From Candidatus Poribacteria bacterium (lineage in GTDB: Bacteria; Poribacteria; WGA-4E; WGA-3G), in contig CBDBFU010000007.1 of NCBI GenBank assembly GCA_965205025.1, positions 64,001 to 128,000 of the forward strand: 64,000 bases of DNA, given 5' to 3'. Every line of letters begins with the position of its first letter. Within the stretch, counting starts at the first letter, position 1. The translations under genes were made by a program, and so were the position numbers. This document shows, piece by piece, positions 20,959 through 30,891 of the stretch. The notes under the pieces were generated by a model. It made no database searches, was not told the DNA's origin, and saw only the letters and a program-made list of their open reading frames with translations.

Positions 20959-22070
20959 TTATCATTTCCAGCAGCATCTGCAGCCGATTGCTTAACACGA
21001 TTTAAGTTCGCTTCAGCCTGTTTTTTTATATTTTCATCAGATGAATGATTAATTAGTTTTTCAAGAACTTCAATAGATGTATGGTATTTACCTACAAGTG
21101 AATATGTTACGCCAAGATAGAGTTGGGAAATCTCATTCCGTACACTATCTGGATATTTATCTATGACGATTTGGAAGTGTTCCACAGCAGTATCGAAAAA
21201 TCCTTGTTTAAGTTCTTCCGGACTATTCTGTATCCTGCGAGCATGACCTAAAGCGATTTCATAGTGCATATCAGGAAGTATACCAGAGTCATTTTTAGGG
21301 TCTAATGCAAGAATCGTATCACTAATGATTAAAGCCTCTCCAAATTGTCTCTGGCTTAGATATGCTTTGACGAATTCGAAATTCAACTTGAGATCGTCAG
21401 GCATCTTTTCTCTTATCAAGAGAGCTTTATCAATCTCATTTTTGCTCAGATAGTAAATTGCAAATTCTCGGTTAAGATCAACATCATTCGGCCATTTCTT
21501 CAGGATTGGTTCAGCCTTTTCAATTTGATGACGTTGGAGATAAAGTTTTACCATTTCTCGATTAAGTGATAAGTCATCTGGCATTTTCTGAAACTTTGCC
21601 AACTTCTCTTTAAAATCTTCTTCTAATTTTATCGCCTCTTTCATGACAGGTAAAAATTGTTCAGGTAGTGCAAAACCTATATGATGTTTAATTAATCCTC
21701 CATCCGAACTGACGAACAAGATTGTAGGATAACCAGTTACACCAAATTTATTTCCTGTTTCTCTATTGATTGGTTTATCATCATCTTGGGGATTTACCTT
21801 AACAGGAATGAACTTCTCTGTAAGAGCGATAACTTCTGTATTTGTAAATGTTTCGGCATCCAGCCGCTTACAGAAACCTCACGAATCCGTATAGAAGTCC
21901 ATCATAATCGGCTTTCCACTCTTAGCTGCTTGAACTTGGGCTTCTTCAATGGATGTTCCCCACTCCACAATATTTCCTTCAGCATAAACTTGCATTGAAA
22001 CAACAAGTAGTAAGATTATGCCAAATGCAGATAGTAGAGTAATTTTATTTTCTAAAACAGAATTACACAT
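20955..22070 (-). CDS. Exported thioredoxin-fold + TPR selenoprotein (UxxC), 371 aa with UGA read-through
   Basis: ORFs 21879-22070 and 20955-21719 share a frame and are separated only by TGA at 21879-21881: KPIMMDFYTDS-U-GFCKRLDAETF...FIPVKVN...GVTGYPTILF (cis-Pro loop), followed by TPR-like helices. Confidence 0.88.
21843..21878 (-). promoter_or_regulatory. Putative bacterial SECIS element
   Basis: Directly after the UGA: GGUUUC-UGUAA-G-CGGC-UGGAU-GCCG-AAACA-UUUACA. The G-containing apical loop begins 16 nt after the UGA. Confidence 0.7.
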
Positions 22071-22478
22071 TAATTCTCTCCTTTTAATAAACTGTCAGGG
22101 ATATTCCCCGATTAATGGTTAAACAATATCAACCATTTAAATATCACCAGTTCAATAAGTGTTATATATTACCATATTCTGACTTGAACTGTCCAATAAA
22201 ACACTTGTAATACCAATGTTTGAGTCATATTGAACTTGTTCTTTAGAAGTCATTGCTTGAGAAGTCATCCTCAAATACAGGACTCTACAGCATATATAAA
22301 ATATAAGAGTATAACTCAAAAATAAAACAATTGTTTACTAAAGATAAACAACAAATATACAATATCTATTTATCCATGCACCCAGAATCGCAAATATAGT
22401 TCCCACGGAATCTACCTGGGATTCATATCGGTTTGTGTCTTAGAGACTTAATCTCTTGGTAAATATAGAATTCTACTT

Positions 22479-23867
22479 CTACTTTCCAACACAGAATTGT
22501 GAAAAAATACGATCCAGGATGTCTTCGGTAGTTGTTTTCCCAACAATATTACCTATGGCATCAAGACATATACGCAGGTCAACGGAAACGAGGTCTGGTG
22601 GCATCTTATTTTTTAAACTCTCTATAACATGATCAATAGCAGTTTTTGCATGACGTAGCGCCTCTTGATGACGTGCATTGCTAATTATAGAGGATTCACC
22701 AAAAGTGAAATCCTTACCGAGTAATTCTTCTTGTATGGCAGTTTTCAACTGTTCAACTCCTTTTTCTTGAATAATAGCAGTTTGGACCACCCTTCTATCT
22801 GGACAGTGATTAATTAAATCTTCAGGTTTGATTACGTTATTTAGATCCATCTTATTCAAGATTAGAATAGCAGGATGTGAATTAGCTATCTGTAATAGTT
22901 GAATATCGTCATCATTTAAGGATTCAGAAGCATCAAACATTACAAGCAGAAATTCTGCTTTAGTACTGATGTCTCTACTTCTTTGAACCCCCTCTTTTTC
23001 AACAGGATCATCAGTCTGTCGAATTCCTGCTGTATCCACAAGATTAATCGGGATGCCTGCTATACTAATGAATTCATCAATTGTATCGCGTGTTGTTCCC
23101 GGTATATCCGTAACAATTGCCCGTGCTGTGTTAATAAGTACATTAAAAAGGCTGGATTTACCGACATTTGGCTTCCCCAAAATTGCAACATTAATCCCCT
23201 CTTTGATAATACGACCTTCTGAAGCGGACTTGAGTAAGTCTACCATATCAGTCTTAATATTACGGGTATTAGTTAATTGCGTCTCAATCTTCATGAAATC
23301 CAAGTCCTCTTCTGGAAAATCAATTGATGCCTCAATTTCAGCAAGAAGGGACGCAACTCTATCACTAAGCATGTTTATGCTCTCCGAGAGTTTACCCTCA
23401 AGAGCTTTAATCGCAATCTTACGACTTAAGTCTGTTTTAGAACCGATAAGTTCAGCGACTGCTTCCGCCTGTGCGAGGTCTAACCTACCATTTAAGAATG
23501 CCCTTTTTGTGAATTCACCCGGTTCAGCCGTTCTTGCCCCTGCTTTTACAACTAAATCCAAGACAATGGACAACGTCACTACACCGCCGTGGCAATTAAA
23601 TTCAACAATATCTTCAGTTGTATAGGTTTGGGGGGCACGCATAATACCGAGTAGAACTTCATCAATAACCTCTTCTGATGTTGACCTATCAACGATATGT
23701 CCGTGTGTAAGTGAATGAGAAGGAAGTTGTTCGGTCTGGACCTTACGAGATGGACGAAATAGTTCACTTGCAATAGGAAGGGCGAGTGGACCACTGACAC
23801 GTACAATACCGATGCCACCCTCCCCTTTCGGTGTTGCTATGGCAGCGATGGTATCGTCAATGTTCAT
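22479..23867 (-). CDS. mnmE: tRNA modification GTPase MnmE
   Basis: DTIAAIAT, GEFTKRAFLNGRLDL, GKPNVGKSS, GTTRD, DTAG and C-terminal FCVGK. Confidence 0.98.
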   Translation of the reverse strand: MNIDDTIAAIATPKGEGGIGIVRVSGPLALPIASELFRPSRKVQTEQLPSHSLTHGHIVDRSTSEEVIDEVLLGIMRAPQTYTTEDIVEFNCHGGVVTLSIVLDLVVKAGARTAEPGEFTKRAFLNGRLDLAQAEAVAELIGSKTDLSRKIAIKALEGKLSESINMLSDRVASLLAEIEASIDFPEEDLDFMKIETQLTNTRNIKTDMVDLLKSASEGRIIKEGINVAILGKPNVGKSSLFNVLINTARAIVTDIPGTTRDTIDEFISIAGIPINLVDTAGIRQTDDPVEKEGVQRSRDISTKAEFLLVMFDASESLNDDDIQLLQIANSHPAILILNKMDLNNVIKPEDLINHCPDRRVVQTAIIQEKGVEQLKTAIQEELLGKDFTFGESSIISNARHQEALRHAKTAIDHVIESLKNKMPPDLVSVDLRICLDAIGNIVGKTTTEDILDRIFSQFCVGK

Positions 23868-23924
23868 ATTTTAAACCTAATTTATAAGGAATAATGGAAC
23901 CATAAATTGAAGTAATATTCAGGA

Positions 23925-24551
23925 TCAATTTTCGTTCTGTATTGTAACTACAACACGTCGGAAATCACCTTCGCCTTGACTAAAAGTGGAAACAGTATCA
24001 TCAGATTGTAGGGTAAGATGGATTACTCGACGATCTTTGGCAGACATAGGTGTCATGACAGCATCTTGACGAGTGCGTTTTACTTTACTCGCAATTTGAT
24101 GTGCAAGTTCAGATAGTGATTCCTCCCGTCGTTCTCTGTATCCTTCTGTGTCAACAAAGACCTTTTTCTTTACGAGTGCATTCTTATTTACAATACAATT
24201 GAGAATCCGTTCAATGGAGTCAAGTGTCTGTCCGTGTCTACCAATTAGTAGGGCGGGAGAATCCGTGATCATATTTAGGTGTTGACTCCCTTCAGTCTGT
24301 GAAGATTCGACTTCAGCATCAATTCCAATTCGAGATATGATTTCTTTCAGGATAGATTCAGGAGAAGAACTGGTATTTTTCTTTAGGGCAGCACGAATTT
24401 TAGCTGGTTTTGCCCCGAAACTCAGTATGCCTTTTGTCGGTTCATTTAGTACGATGATGTTTACGTCTTCTCTCGTAGCTTGTAGTTCCGATAGTGCGAG
24501 ATCAATTGCTTCTTCTACAGTTTCAGCTTCAGTCTCAATGAAATTTTGCAT
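23925..24551 (-). CDS. jag: Jag/EloR (KhpB) RNA-binding protein
   Basis: Jag_N, KH (LIGRHGQTL) and R3H (RRVIH) domains; conserved gene context. Confidence 0.95.
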   Translation of the reverse strand: MQNFIETEAETVEEAIDLALSELQATREDVNIIVLNEPTKGILSFGAKPAKIRAALKKNTSSSPESILKEIISRIGIDAEVESSQTEGSQHLNMITDSPALLIGRHGQTLDSIERILNCIVNKNALVKKKVFVDTEGYRERREESLSELAHQIASKVKRTRQDAVMTPMSAKDRRVIHLTLQSDDTVSTFSQGEGDFRRVVVTIQNEN

Positions 24552-24661
24552 ATTGTTGTAATCCTATGTGTGTTGAAAATTCAGATATTCAAGTTGCGAT
24601 TTCCTCAATATGAACTGTCGAAGGTTAACTTATACTCTTGAAACACAAACTCATTAATTGG

Positions 24662-26494
24662 TCATTTTGATGGTTTCACTTCATTTTGTGATTCACCATC
24701 ATGGAAATATCTGGTTTGTATCTGCTGTTGAGCAACGGTAAGTACATTATTGCACAACCAGTATAACACAAATCCAGAAGCCCAGTTATAAAAAAGGAAT
24801 ACGAAAATAAGAGGCATAAATTGCATAATTTTTGCTTGAGTATTACTAGTAGCAGGTGTTGCTGACATTCCCCCTACGAATTTCTGTTGTAGCCATGTTG
24901 TAAGTCCATTTAATATAGGTAAAAAACGAATGGCATCTATATCTAAAAATAATAAAGGTATTGTAAAAGGTAGTCTTATCAGAACATCTGGAGCAGAAAG
25001 ATCATCAATCCAGAAGAGGAAAGAAGCCCCCCGGAATTCGACGGCACTTCCCAACAATGAGAAAAGTGCATAAAAGATAGGTAGTTGTGGTAACCATGGA
25101 ATACAACCACCTAATGGATTTACACCGTTCTCTTTGTAGATTCGCATTGTGGCTCTGTTTAGTTTTTGTGGATCATCCCGAAATTTCTCCCGTAATTCGG
25201 TTAATTGAGGCTGTAAGTCCTGCATTTTCTTCATAGAAACATGCGCCTTACGTGTAAGTGGAAAAGAAACAATCTTCACTAAAGCAGTTAATAGTATAAT
25301 TGCGACACCATAGTTCCCAAAGAACTTATATAATTGCCTAACAAACCAGAGCATTCCCCAAGACAAGGGACCAAAAAAACCAAAATTTATTACTTTAGAT
25401 AAATTAATTGGTGTTTCTGTATCATTAGGTGCTGTAATTTGTTTCAGGAGTGTTTCATCATTTGGTCCGATATATAGACGAAATGTATGTGATTTATCCT
25501 GATTGGCTTGAAGTAAGAAGGTTGGTATATTTAAGACAGCGGTTTGATCAGGTGCAGCGACAAGGGGATCAGGAGTTTGATTTGTTATTGAGGAATCAAG
25601 TGTATAAGTTGCCTGAAGGTTTGGATCAGGAATCATTAATGCACTAAAGTATTGACTATTTAGCCCTGCCCAAAGTACAGTGGCTGATGCCACTTCTTGT
25701 TTTAATTCGTGTGTAGGTTTTCCGGTTCCAATATATGTTTTTGCTCCTTCTTTGGTGCTGCGTCTTCCGGGTTTTCCTGCCTTTTTTTCGTGAACAAGTA
25801 GATCCGCATTAATTCCTCGACCCCATCGCAATTCATACCCATTGACTGGTGAATTTGAGCCGATTTGTACTGTTTGAGAATCAACAGTGACATTCTCGAA
25901 TTTTAACATCAAATCAACTATATAACCATTCGGATAAAATTTGAATATCTTTTCAACTTTTAGTTGTTTACCAATTGTTGTGGTGAATGTAAGGGTTTCT
26001 GATCCTTCTGTGTTTTGAAGTTGTATATCCTTCTTATCTGCTTCCCACTTTGCACGCTGTAAATCATCCTGTAGATTTTGATTTCCAAATCGGATTGCGA
26101 GACAGTCCAATGCATTTTCTGGAATTAGGTTAAGAGCAAGATTCTTGGTGGTGATTGATCTGTCAGGAAATCGTAATTCTCCGTTTTTATTTTTTTCTAC
26201 CAAATCCCATCTTTTTGCGATTGCGAGTTTTTCGTTAAATGTAATATCGTATGTATTTGTTTGGATATGAACAGTCGGATCATCAGGTTTTTCCTGTGAT
26301 ACGAAGGAATCTTCAGTAGTACTTATGCCATTTTCTATTTCCCCTGGTTGTACATCAGGTGTGCCGTTTGACGGAGTCTGTTCGCTTAATTCGGATTCGT
26401 TCTGATCAGGGGTAAAACGATTACCAAATATGAGACTCCAGGCAATCATTACAACCACCATTAGAACGAGTGCGAGAATATAACGTGATCCCAT
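24662..26494 (-). CDS. yidC: Membrane protein insertase YidC
   Basis: Large periplasmic domain; NYGVAIILLT, NPLGGC, WIDDLSAPD and LYW motifs. Confidence 0.97.
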   Translation of the reverse strand: MGSRYILALVLMVVVMIAWSLIFGNRFTPDQNESELSEQTPSNGTPDVQPGEIENGISTTEDSFVSQEKPDDPTVHIQTNTYDITFNEKLAIAKRWDLVEKNKNGELRFPDRSITTKNLALNLIPENALDCLAIRFGNQNLQDDLQRAKWEADKKDIQLQNTEGSETLTFTTTIGKQLKVEKIFKFYPNGYIVDLMLKFENVTVDSQTVQIGSNSPVNGYELRWGRGINADLLVHEKKAGKPGRRSTKEGAKTYIGTGKPTHELKQEVASATVLWAGLNSQYFSALMIPDPNLQATYTLDSSITNQTPDPLVAAPDQTAVLNIPTFLLQANQDKSHTFRLYIGPNDETLLKQITAPNDTETPINLSKVINFGFFGPLSWGMLWFVRQLYKFFGNYGVAIILLTALVKIVSFPLTRKAHVSMKKMQDLQPQLTELREKFRDDPQKLNRATMRIYKENGVNPLGGCIPWLPQLPIFYALFSLLGSAVEFRGASFLFWIDDLSAPDVLIRLPFTIPLLFLDIDAIRFLPILNGLTTWLQQKFVGGMSATPATSNTQAKIMQFMPLIFVFLFYNWASGFVLYWLCNNVLTVAQQQIQTRYFHDGESQNEVKPSK

Positions 26495-26575
26495 TTACTA
26501 TTAGGTGCTCCTCAATTATCTATAGTGTCATTCTAATATAAATACACTATGATTCATTACTGTTTGTATTATTAA

Positions 26576-26785
26576 TTATTTAAGTGGGTCAAAACCCCCA
26601 GGATGATATGGATGGCATTTTACCAACCGTCTTATGGTTAACCATATTCCCTTTAATGTTCCATATTTTTCAAAGGCTTGTTGTGCATACTGTGAACAAG
26701 TCGGATGGAAGCGACATGTTGGAGGCAAGAGTGGGGAAATAAAACGTCGATAACCGCGGATAGCGTACAAAAATAATCGCTTCAT
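26576..26785 (-). CDS. yidD: Membrane protein insertion efficiency factor YidD
   Basis: [17 protein letters not shown] and [11 protein letters not shown] motifs. Confidence 0.97.
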   Translation of the reverse strand: MKRLFLYAIRGYRRFISPLLPPTCRFHPTCSQYAQQAFEKYGTLKGIWLTIRRLVKCHPYHPGGFDPLK

Positions 26786-26919
26786 TTTACATAAATCGTA
26801 TTCAGATGTATATTAGGGTTAGGTTTAAGCAAGCCATTAAATCCGACTTACCTATTATGTAGGGAGTAATTTTTGACTACAAATAGTCGGTAAGTTTTGG
26901 TAAGACATGTAACTTATAC

Positions 26920-27267
26920 TTAAGTAGACAATATCTTAGCCTTACGGAAGAGTTTATATAGACTTTCCTCTACCTGCGATGCAGTAAGTTCACATGCTGC
27001 TGATCTACCTACAACAACAATGTCATAGTTGGGAAGTAGATCAGATCTTAATAAACGGAACACCTCACGAATTAGTCTTTTAACTCTATTCCTCTGGACA
27101 CTTTTACCCACTTTCTTACTAACAGTAATTCCTAAGCGTGCATGACCTAACTGGGTAGAGTATATATATATAACAAAATAACCATCCCAGTATTTTTTTC
27201 CGGACTTATAGACTCTCTGGAATTCCCAATGTTTTTTCAACCTATCTGGATGTGCTTGGTAAGGCAT
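26920..27267 (-). CDS. rnpA: Ribonuclease P protein component
   Basis: RLGITVSKKVGKSVQRNRVKR. Confidence 0.96.
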   Translation of the reverse strand: MPYQAHPDRLKKHWEFQRVYKSGKKYWDGYFVIYIYSTQLGHARLGITVSKKVGKSVQRNRVKRLIREVFRLLRSDLLPNYDIVVVGRSAACELTASQVEESLYKLFRKAKILST

Positions 27268-27370
27268 ACTGTCAGGTTAATTCAGATTAATACCACCCTT
27301 TCATCTGCACAATATTTATTGGACTTGTCATTATTACAGACAAGGGTACAGAGGATATATGGGATACAAT

Positions 27371-27883
27371 TCAGTTAATATAGAGATACTTTTTCCATGA
27401 TGGATGGTAGCCACGAAAATGCCGATTAAGCTGCAAATACGTTAGAATTGAAGGAGTTTTCGGTAAGCGTCTCAACTTGAACTGTGTTTCATGAAGCATA
27501 TGATTACCTTTTTTATTATTGCATCGTTTACAGGCAGTCACAACATTTTCCCAGGTGGTTTTGCCACCTTTTGAAAGAGGAATAACATGGTCAAGTGTTA
27601 ACAAAGACCCTGAATATTCTTTGTTGCAATACTGACATATGTGCTGGTCCCTTGCGAGTACGTTTTTACGAGAAAACTTCACTACGCTGCGCGGAACATG
27701 TACATAGTTTACCAAACGAATTACATGCGGGACTTTAACAACAGCTGATGGTGACTGTATTTCTGAATCAGACACTTCCTCAGTTTGAGCAGTTCCTTTA
27801 AAAACCATCTTCAATGCACGTCTGAGATTGCAAACATTAATTGCTTCATAACTGGCATTTAGTACCAGAACGGTTACTTCCAC
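27371..27883 (-). CDS. HNH endonuclease (McrA-like)
   Basis: VLVLNASY, RD..CQYC, TLDHVIP.SKGG, WENVVTACKRCNNKK; AGGAGG RBS. Confidence 0.93.
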   Translation of the reverse strand: MEVTVLVLNASYEAINVCNLRRALKMVFKGTAQTEEVSDSEIQSPSAVVKVPHVIRLVNYVHVPRSVVKFSRKNVLARDQHICQYCNKEYSGSLLTLDHVIPLSKGGKTTWENVVTACKRCNNKKGNHMLHETQFKLRRLPKTPSILTYLQLNRHFRGYHPSWKKYLYIN

Positions 27884-28211
27884 TCGCCTGTCCTCCTACA
27901 AGCAAGGCATTTAGACATAACCTTATATAATAATAACATATCTAACTACAAATTGCAACTAAAATGTAATGTAAAGAAACCTATTCAGTTTCGATTCATG
28001 GGTACAAAATAGGTAGACAAGGTGTCAGATTTGAGTAAGATGCATCTATATCTGTTACGGAAAATGCTGTAAGAGGATACGCAGATCTTATCAAAATAAC
28101 ATCTCTTCAGTAGATGGACAGTCTGTAATATCCATGTTAAGTAGATTAACAAAGACAATAATACAAAAATCTGTTAGAATAATCATAGAATACGTACAAG
28201 AAAGATGTAAT

Positions 28212-29630
28212 ATGTCCTTATGTAATAATCATCCAAATCTTATATATGTTTTTGCCGACCAGCTTCGTTATCAATCCTGCGGTTATGCCGGAGATAACAA
28301 TGCCCTAACACCTAATATCGACCGTCTGGCTACTGAAGGTGTAAACTTTTACAATGCTGTGTCTGGCAGTCCGATGTGTGCACCTTATCGTGCATCCCTC
28401 TTCACAGGTAAATATGCCAGCAGTACTGGTATGGCGATTAATGAACTCCGTATGAATCCAAATCATGACTGTTTCGGACATGTTCTACATCGTAACGGAT
28501 ATCAGACCAGCTATATTGGCAAATGGCATCTATGGGCAAATCAATTGGGTAAACATCATGATTCTCAAAATTCCTATATCCCTCCTGGCTCCTACAGACT
28601 CGGTTTTGATGGGGAATGGTCGGCATATAATTTTCATCATACATATTTTGACACATATTATCATAGAGACAGTCCAGAGAAGATTACAATTCAAGGGTAT
28701 GAACCTGATGGACAGACGGATTTAGCAATAGAATACCTTGAACGTGCTTCAAAAGTAGCCGATCCCTTTGCTCTCTTCCTATCTATTGGCACCCCACACG
28801 ATCCATGGAATGAAAATAATGTGCCTACTGAATATTATGATATGTTCCGTGATGTTGAGTTTAGGTTACCACCCAATTATAGAGATGTAAACGATCCGTA
28901 TGGTGATACCTGGGCAATGATGTCTGATGCTGAACGTACTAAGATACCTGAATGGATGCGTGTCTATTATGCTATGACTACCAATCTTGATTGGAATTTG
29001 GGTAGGTTGTTGAAGGCGGTTGAGAATCTGGGACTCAGCGATAATACGATTTTTGTCTTTACCTCTGATCATGGTGAAATGTTTGGAGCACAAGGACGCA
29101 AAGCAAAGAATATCTTTTATGAAGAATCTGTACGTATTCCGTTTCTTATCCGATGGGACAATCGAATTTCGAACGGACATACCACTGATGTATGTCTGAA
29201 TACTCCGGATATCATGCCGACTCTTTTATCTATGATGGACCTACCTATTCCAGATGATGTTGAAGGTACAGATCTGAGTCCTACATGCATCAACGAAAGT
29301 TTCGATGAACCGGACGCAGCGTTTATGCAAGGGATGGGATGTACAGCAAAATGGGAAGACGGTCATGAGTGGCGAGCATTACGGACAAAACAACATACAT
29401 ACGCAGTTCATCGTCCTGATGGATGCGAGAAACTATTTGATAATTTGTCAGATCCGTATCAGAAGATTAATCTGATTGATAAGCCTCATGCTGCATCTAT
29501 CCAAGATGAACTTCGTGAGATGTTAATACAGAGAATGGAATCTCTCAATGATACCTTTGAAGCATGTACTTGGTATCGTGATAATTGGACAGAGGATAGA
29601 ATTATATTGAAAACAGCGACCTTAGGTTGA
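28212..29630 (+). CDS. Cys-type sulfatase
   Basis: PNLIYVFADQ, CAPYRASLFTG (CxPxR), GKWHL and SDHG motifs. Confidence 0.95.
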   Translation: MSLCNNHPNLIYVFADQLRYQSCGYAGDNNALTPNIDRLATEGVNFYNAVSGSPMCAPYRASLFTGKYASSTGMAINELRMNPNHDCFGHVLHRNGYQTSYIGKWHLWANQLGKHHDSQNSYIPPGSYRLGFDGEWSAYNFHHTYFDTYYHRDSPEKITIQGYEPDGQTDLAIEYLERASKVADPFALFLSIGTPHDPWNENNVPTEYYDMFRDVEFRLPPNYRDVNDPYGDTWAMMSDAERTKIPEWMRVYYAMTTNLDWNLGRLLKAVENLGLSDNTIFVFTSDHGEMFGAQGRKAKNIFYEESVRIPFLIRWDNRISNGHTTDVCLNTPDIMPTLLSMMDLPIPDDVEGTDLSPTCINESFDEPDAAFMQGMGCTAKWEDGHEWRALRTKQHTYAVHRPDGCEKLFDNLSDPYQKINLIDKPHAASIQDELREMLIQRMESLNDTFEACTWYRDNWTEDRIILKTATLG

Positions 29631-29694
29631 GTATTTCGATTGCAACAAAACCTACTTTTTTCAAAATAACAAATAAATACTTGAACTCATTTAT

Positions 29695-30660
29695 TTAATA
29701 CCACATTGCTTTATCCACTACATTCTTTAATGGCTTCCCTTCAGCAAATAGACGTGCATTTTCTAAAAACACTTCAAAATGGCGTTCAGATATATTCTTC
29801 GCATCCTTAACAGCAATATGGGGTGTTATCAAAACATTAGACATTTTCCATAATGGACTGTCGACAGGTAAAGGCTCAACTTCAAACACATCTAATCCAC
29901 ATCCAGCAATAGTTCGATTTTCAAGGGCATCAACAAGATCATCAAGTTTCGTCGTTTTACCGCGTCCGATATTGATGAAATACGCGGTTTCTTTCATCAT
30001 TTTAAACCGATTTCTGTTCCACATTCCCTCTGTTTCTGGTGTGTGAGGAGTCGTCACTATTACAAAGTCAGCCAAAGGTAAAAGTGTGTCCAATTCTTCT
30101 GGTTCATGTTTTTCTATATCAGGTATGGTATATTCCCATCTCTGATCTACTCCTATAACTCTCATTCCAAATGTCGCACATAATTTTGCAGTTTCATGAC
30201 CTATACCACCCACACCAACAATCAAAGCAGTAGCTTCTGCGAGGTCTATATATTCACTTTTTCGGGCATTACTATCCCAAATACCAGCACGTTGCGCGTC
30301 CAGATAAGACGGTAAACCCCGTGCAAGTGCGAGTACAAACATGAGGATATGTTGGGCAATATGATCATTGTATATACCGCGTGGATTGCACACAACCACA
30401 GGATGCTCAATCAGTTCTGGATAATAGAAACCGGCAGCTGGTCCAGCAGCGGGACTTTGTAGCCATCGCATATTCTTAGCTAATGGTAACTTTTCTGGAG
30501 AGACCCAACCATAAACAGCATCTGTCTCAGGAAGATGCAGGTCGACCTCATCATCTGTTTCTGGGAAGAGAATAATATAATCGGGTATTTCCTTTTTTAT
30601 AGTCTCCGACCAGGTTTGTAATTGGGAATTCTGTGGTGGCATCATCACGAGTTTCGGCAC
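29695..30660 (-). CDS. D-2-hydroxyacid dehydrogenase
   Basis: GVGGIG, INIGRG, LDVFEVEPL and ITPH motifs. Confidence 0.93.
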   Translation of the reverse strand: MPKLVMMPPQNSQLQTWSETIKKEIPDYIILFPETDDEVDLHLPETDAVYGWVSPEKLPLAKNMRWLQSPAAGPAAGFYYPELIEHPVVVCNPRGIYNDHIAQHILMFVLALARGLPSYLDAQRAGIWDSNARKSEYIDLAEATALIVGVGGIGHETAKLCATFGMRVIGVDQRWEYTIPDIEKHEPEELDTLLPLADFVIVTTPHTPETEGMWNRNRFKMMKETAYFINIGRGKTTKLDDLVDALENRTIAGCGLDVFEVEPLPVDSPLWKMSNVLITPHIAVKDAKNISERHFEVFLENARLFAEGKPLKNVVDKAMWY

Positions 30661-30891
30661 TGATTATTACCTCATTCAATTGATTCTACAAGATAGCATA
30701 ATCTTATCACGCTAATGCATCGAAAGCAAGTGATATGAAAATGGATTGCATTCCCCATGGTTCCAAACCGAACCTACCAAGGGTTGAGAATTTAATTTTA
30801 GCGATAAAATAGTTGAATTCTCTTACTTCGATTTCACGTTATACTATAAAATGTGAATCAGTTTATAAACGACATTCTTACATTCAGTCTT

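Noticed and set aside
21879-22070. Stand-alone 63-aa peptide or nonsense pseudogene
   Set aside because: Better explained as the N-terminus of the UGA read-through selenoprotein.
23053-23625. Long antisense ORFs (also 1526-1960, 5117-5575, 33722-34156 and others)
   Set aside because: They lie opposite well-supported genes and carry no motifs; they are codon-bias shadows.
27371-27883. HNH as an IscB/Cas9 or homing endonuclease
   Set aside because: It is only 170 aa, has no RuvC or PLMP motifs and no intron context; it matches the common stand-alone VLVLN-type HNH.
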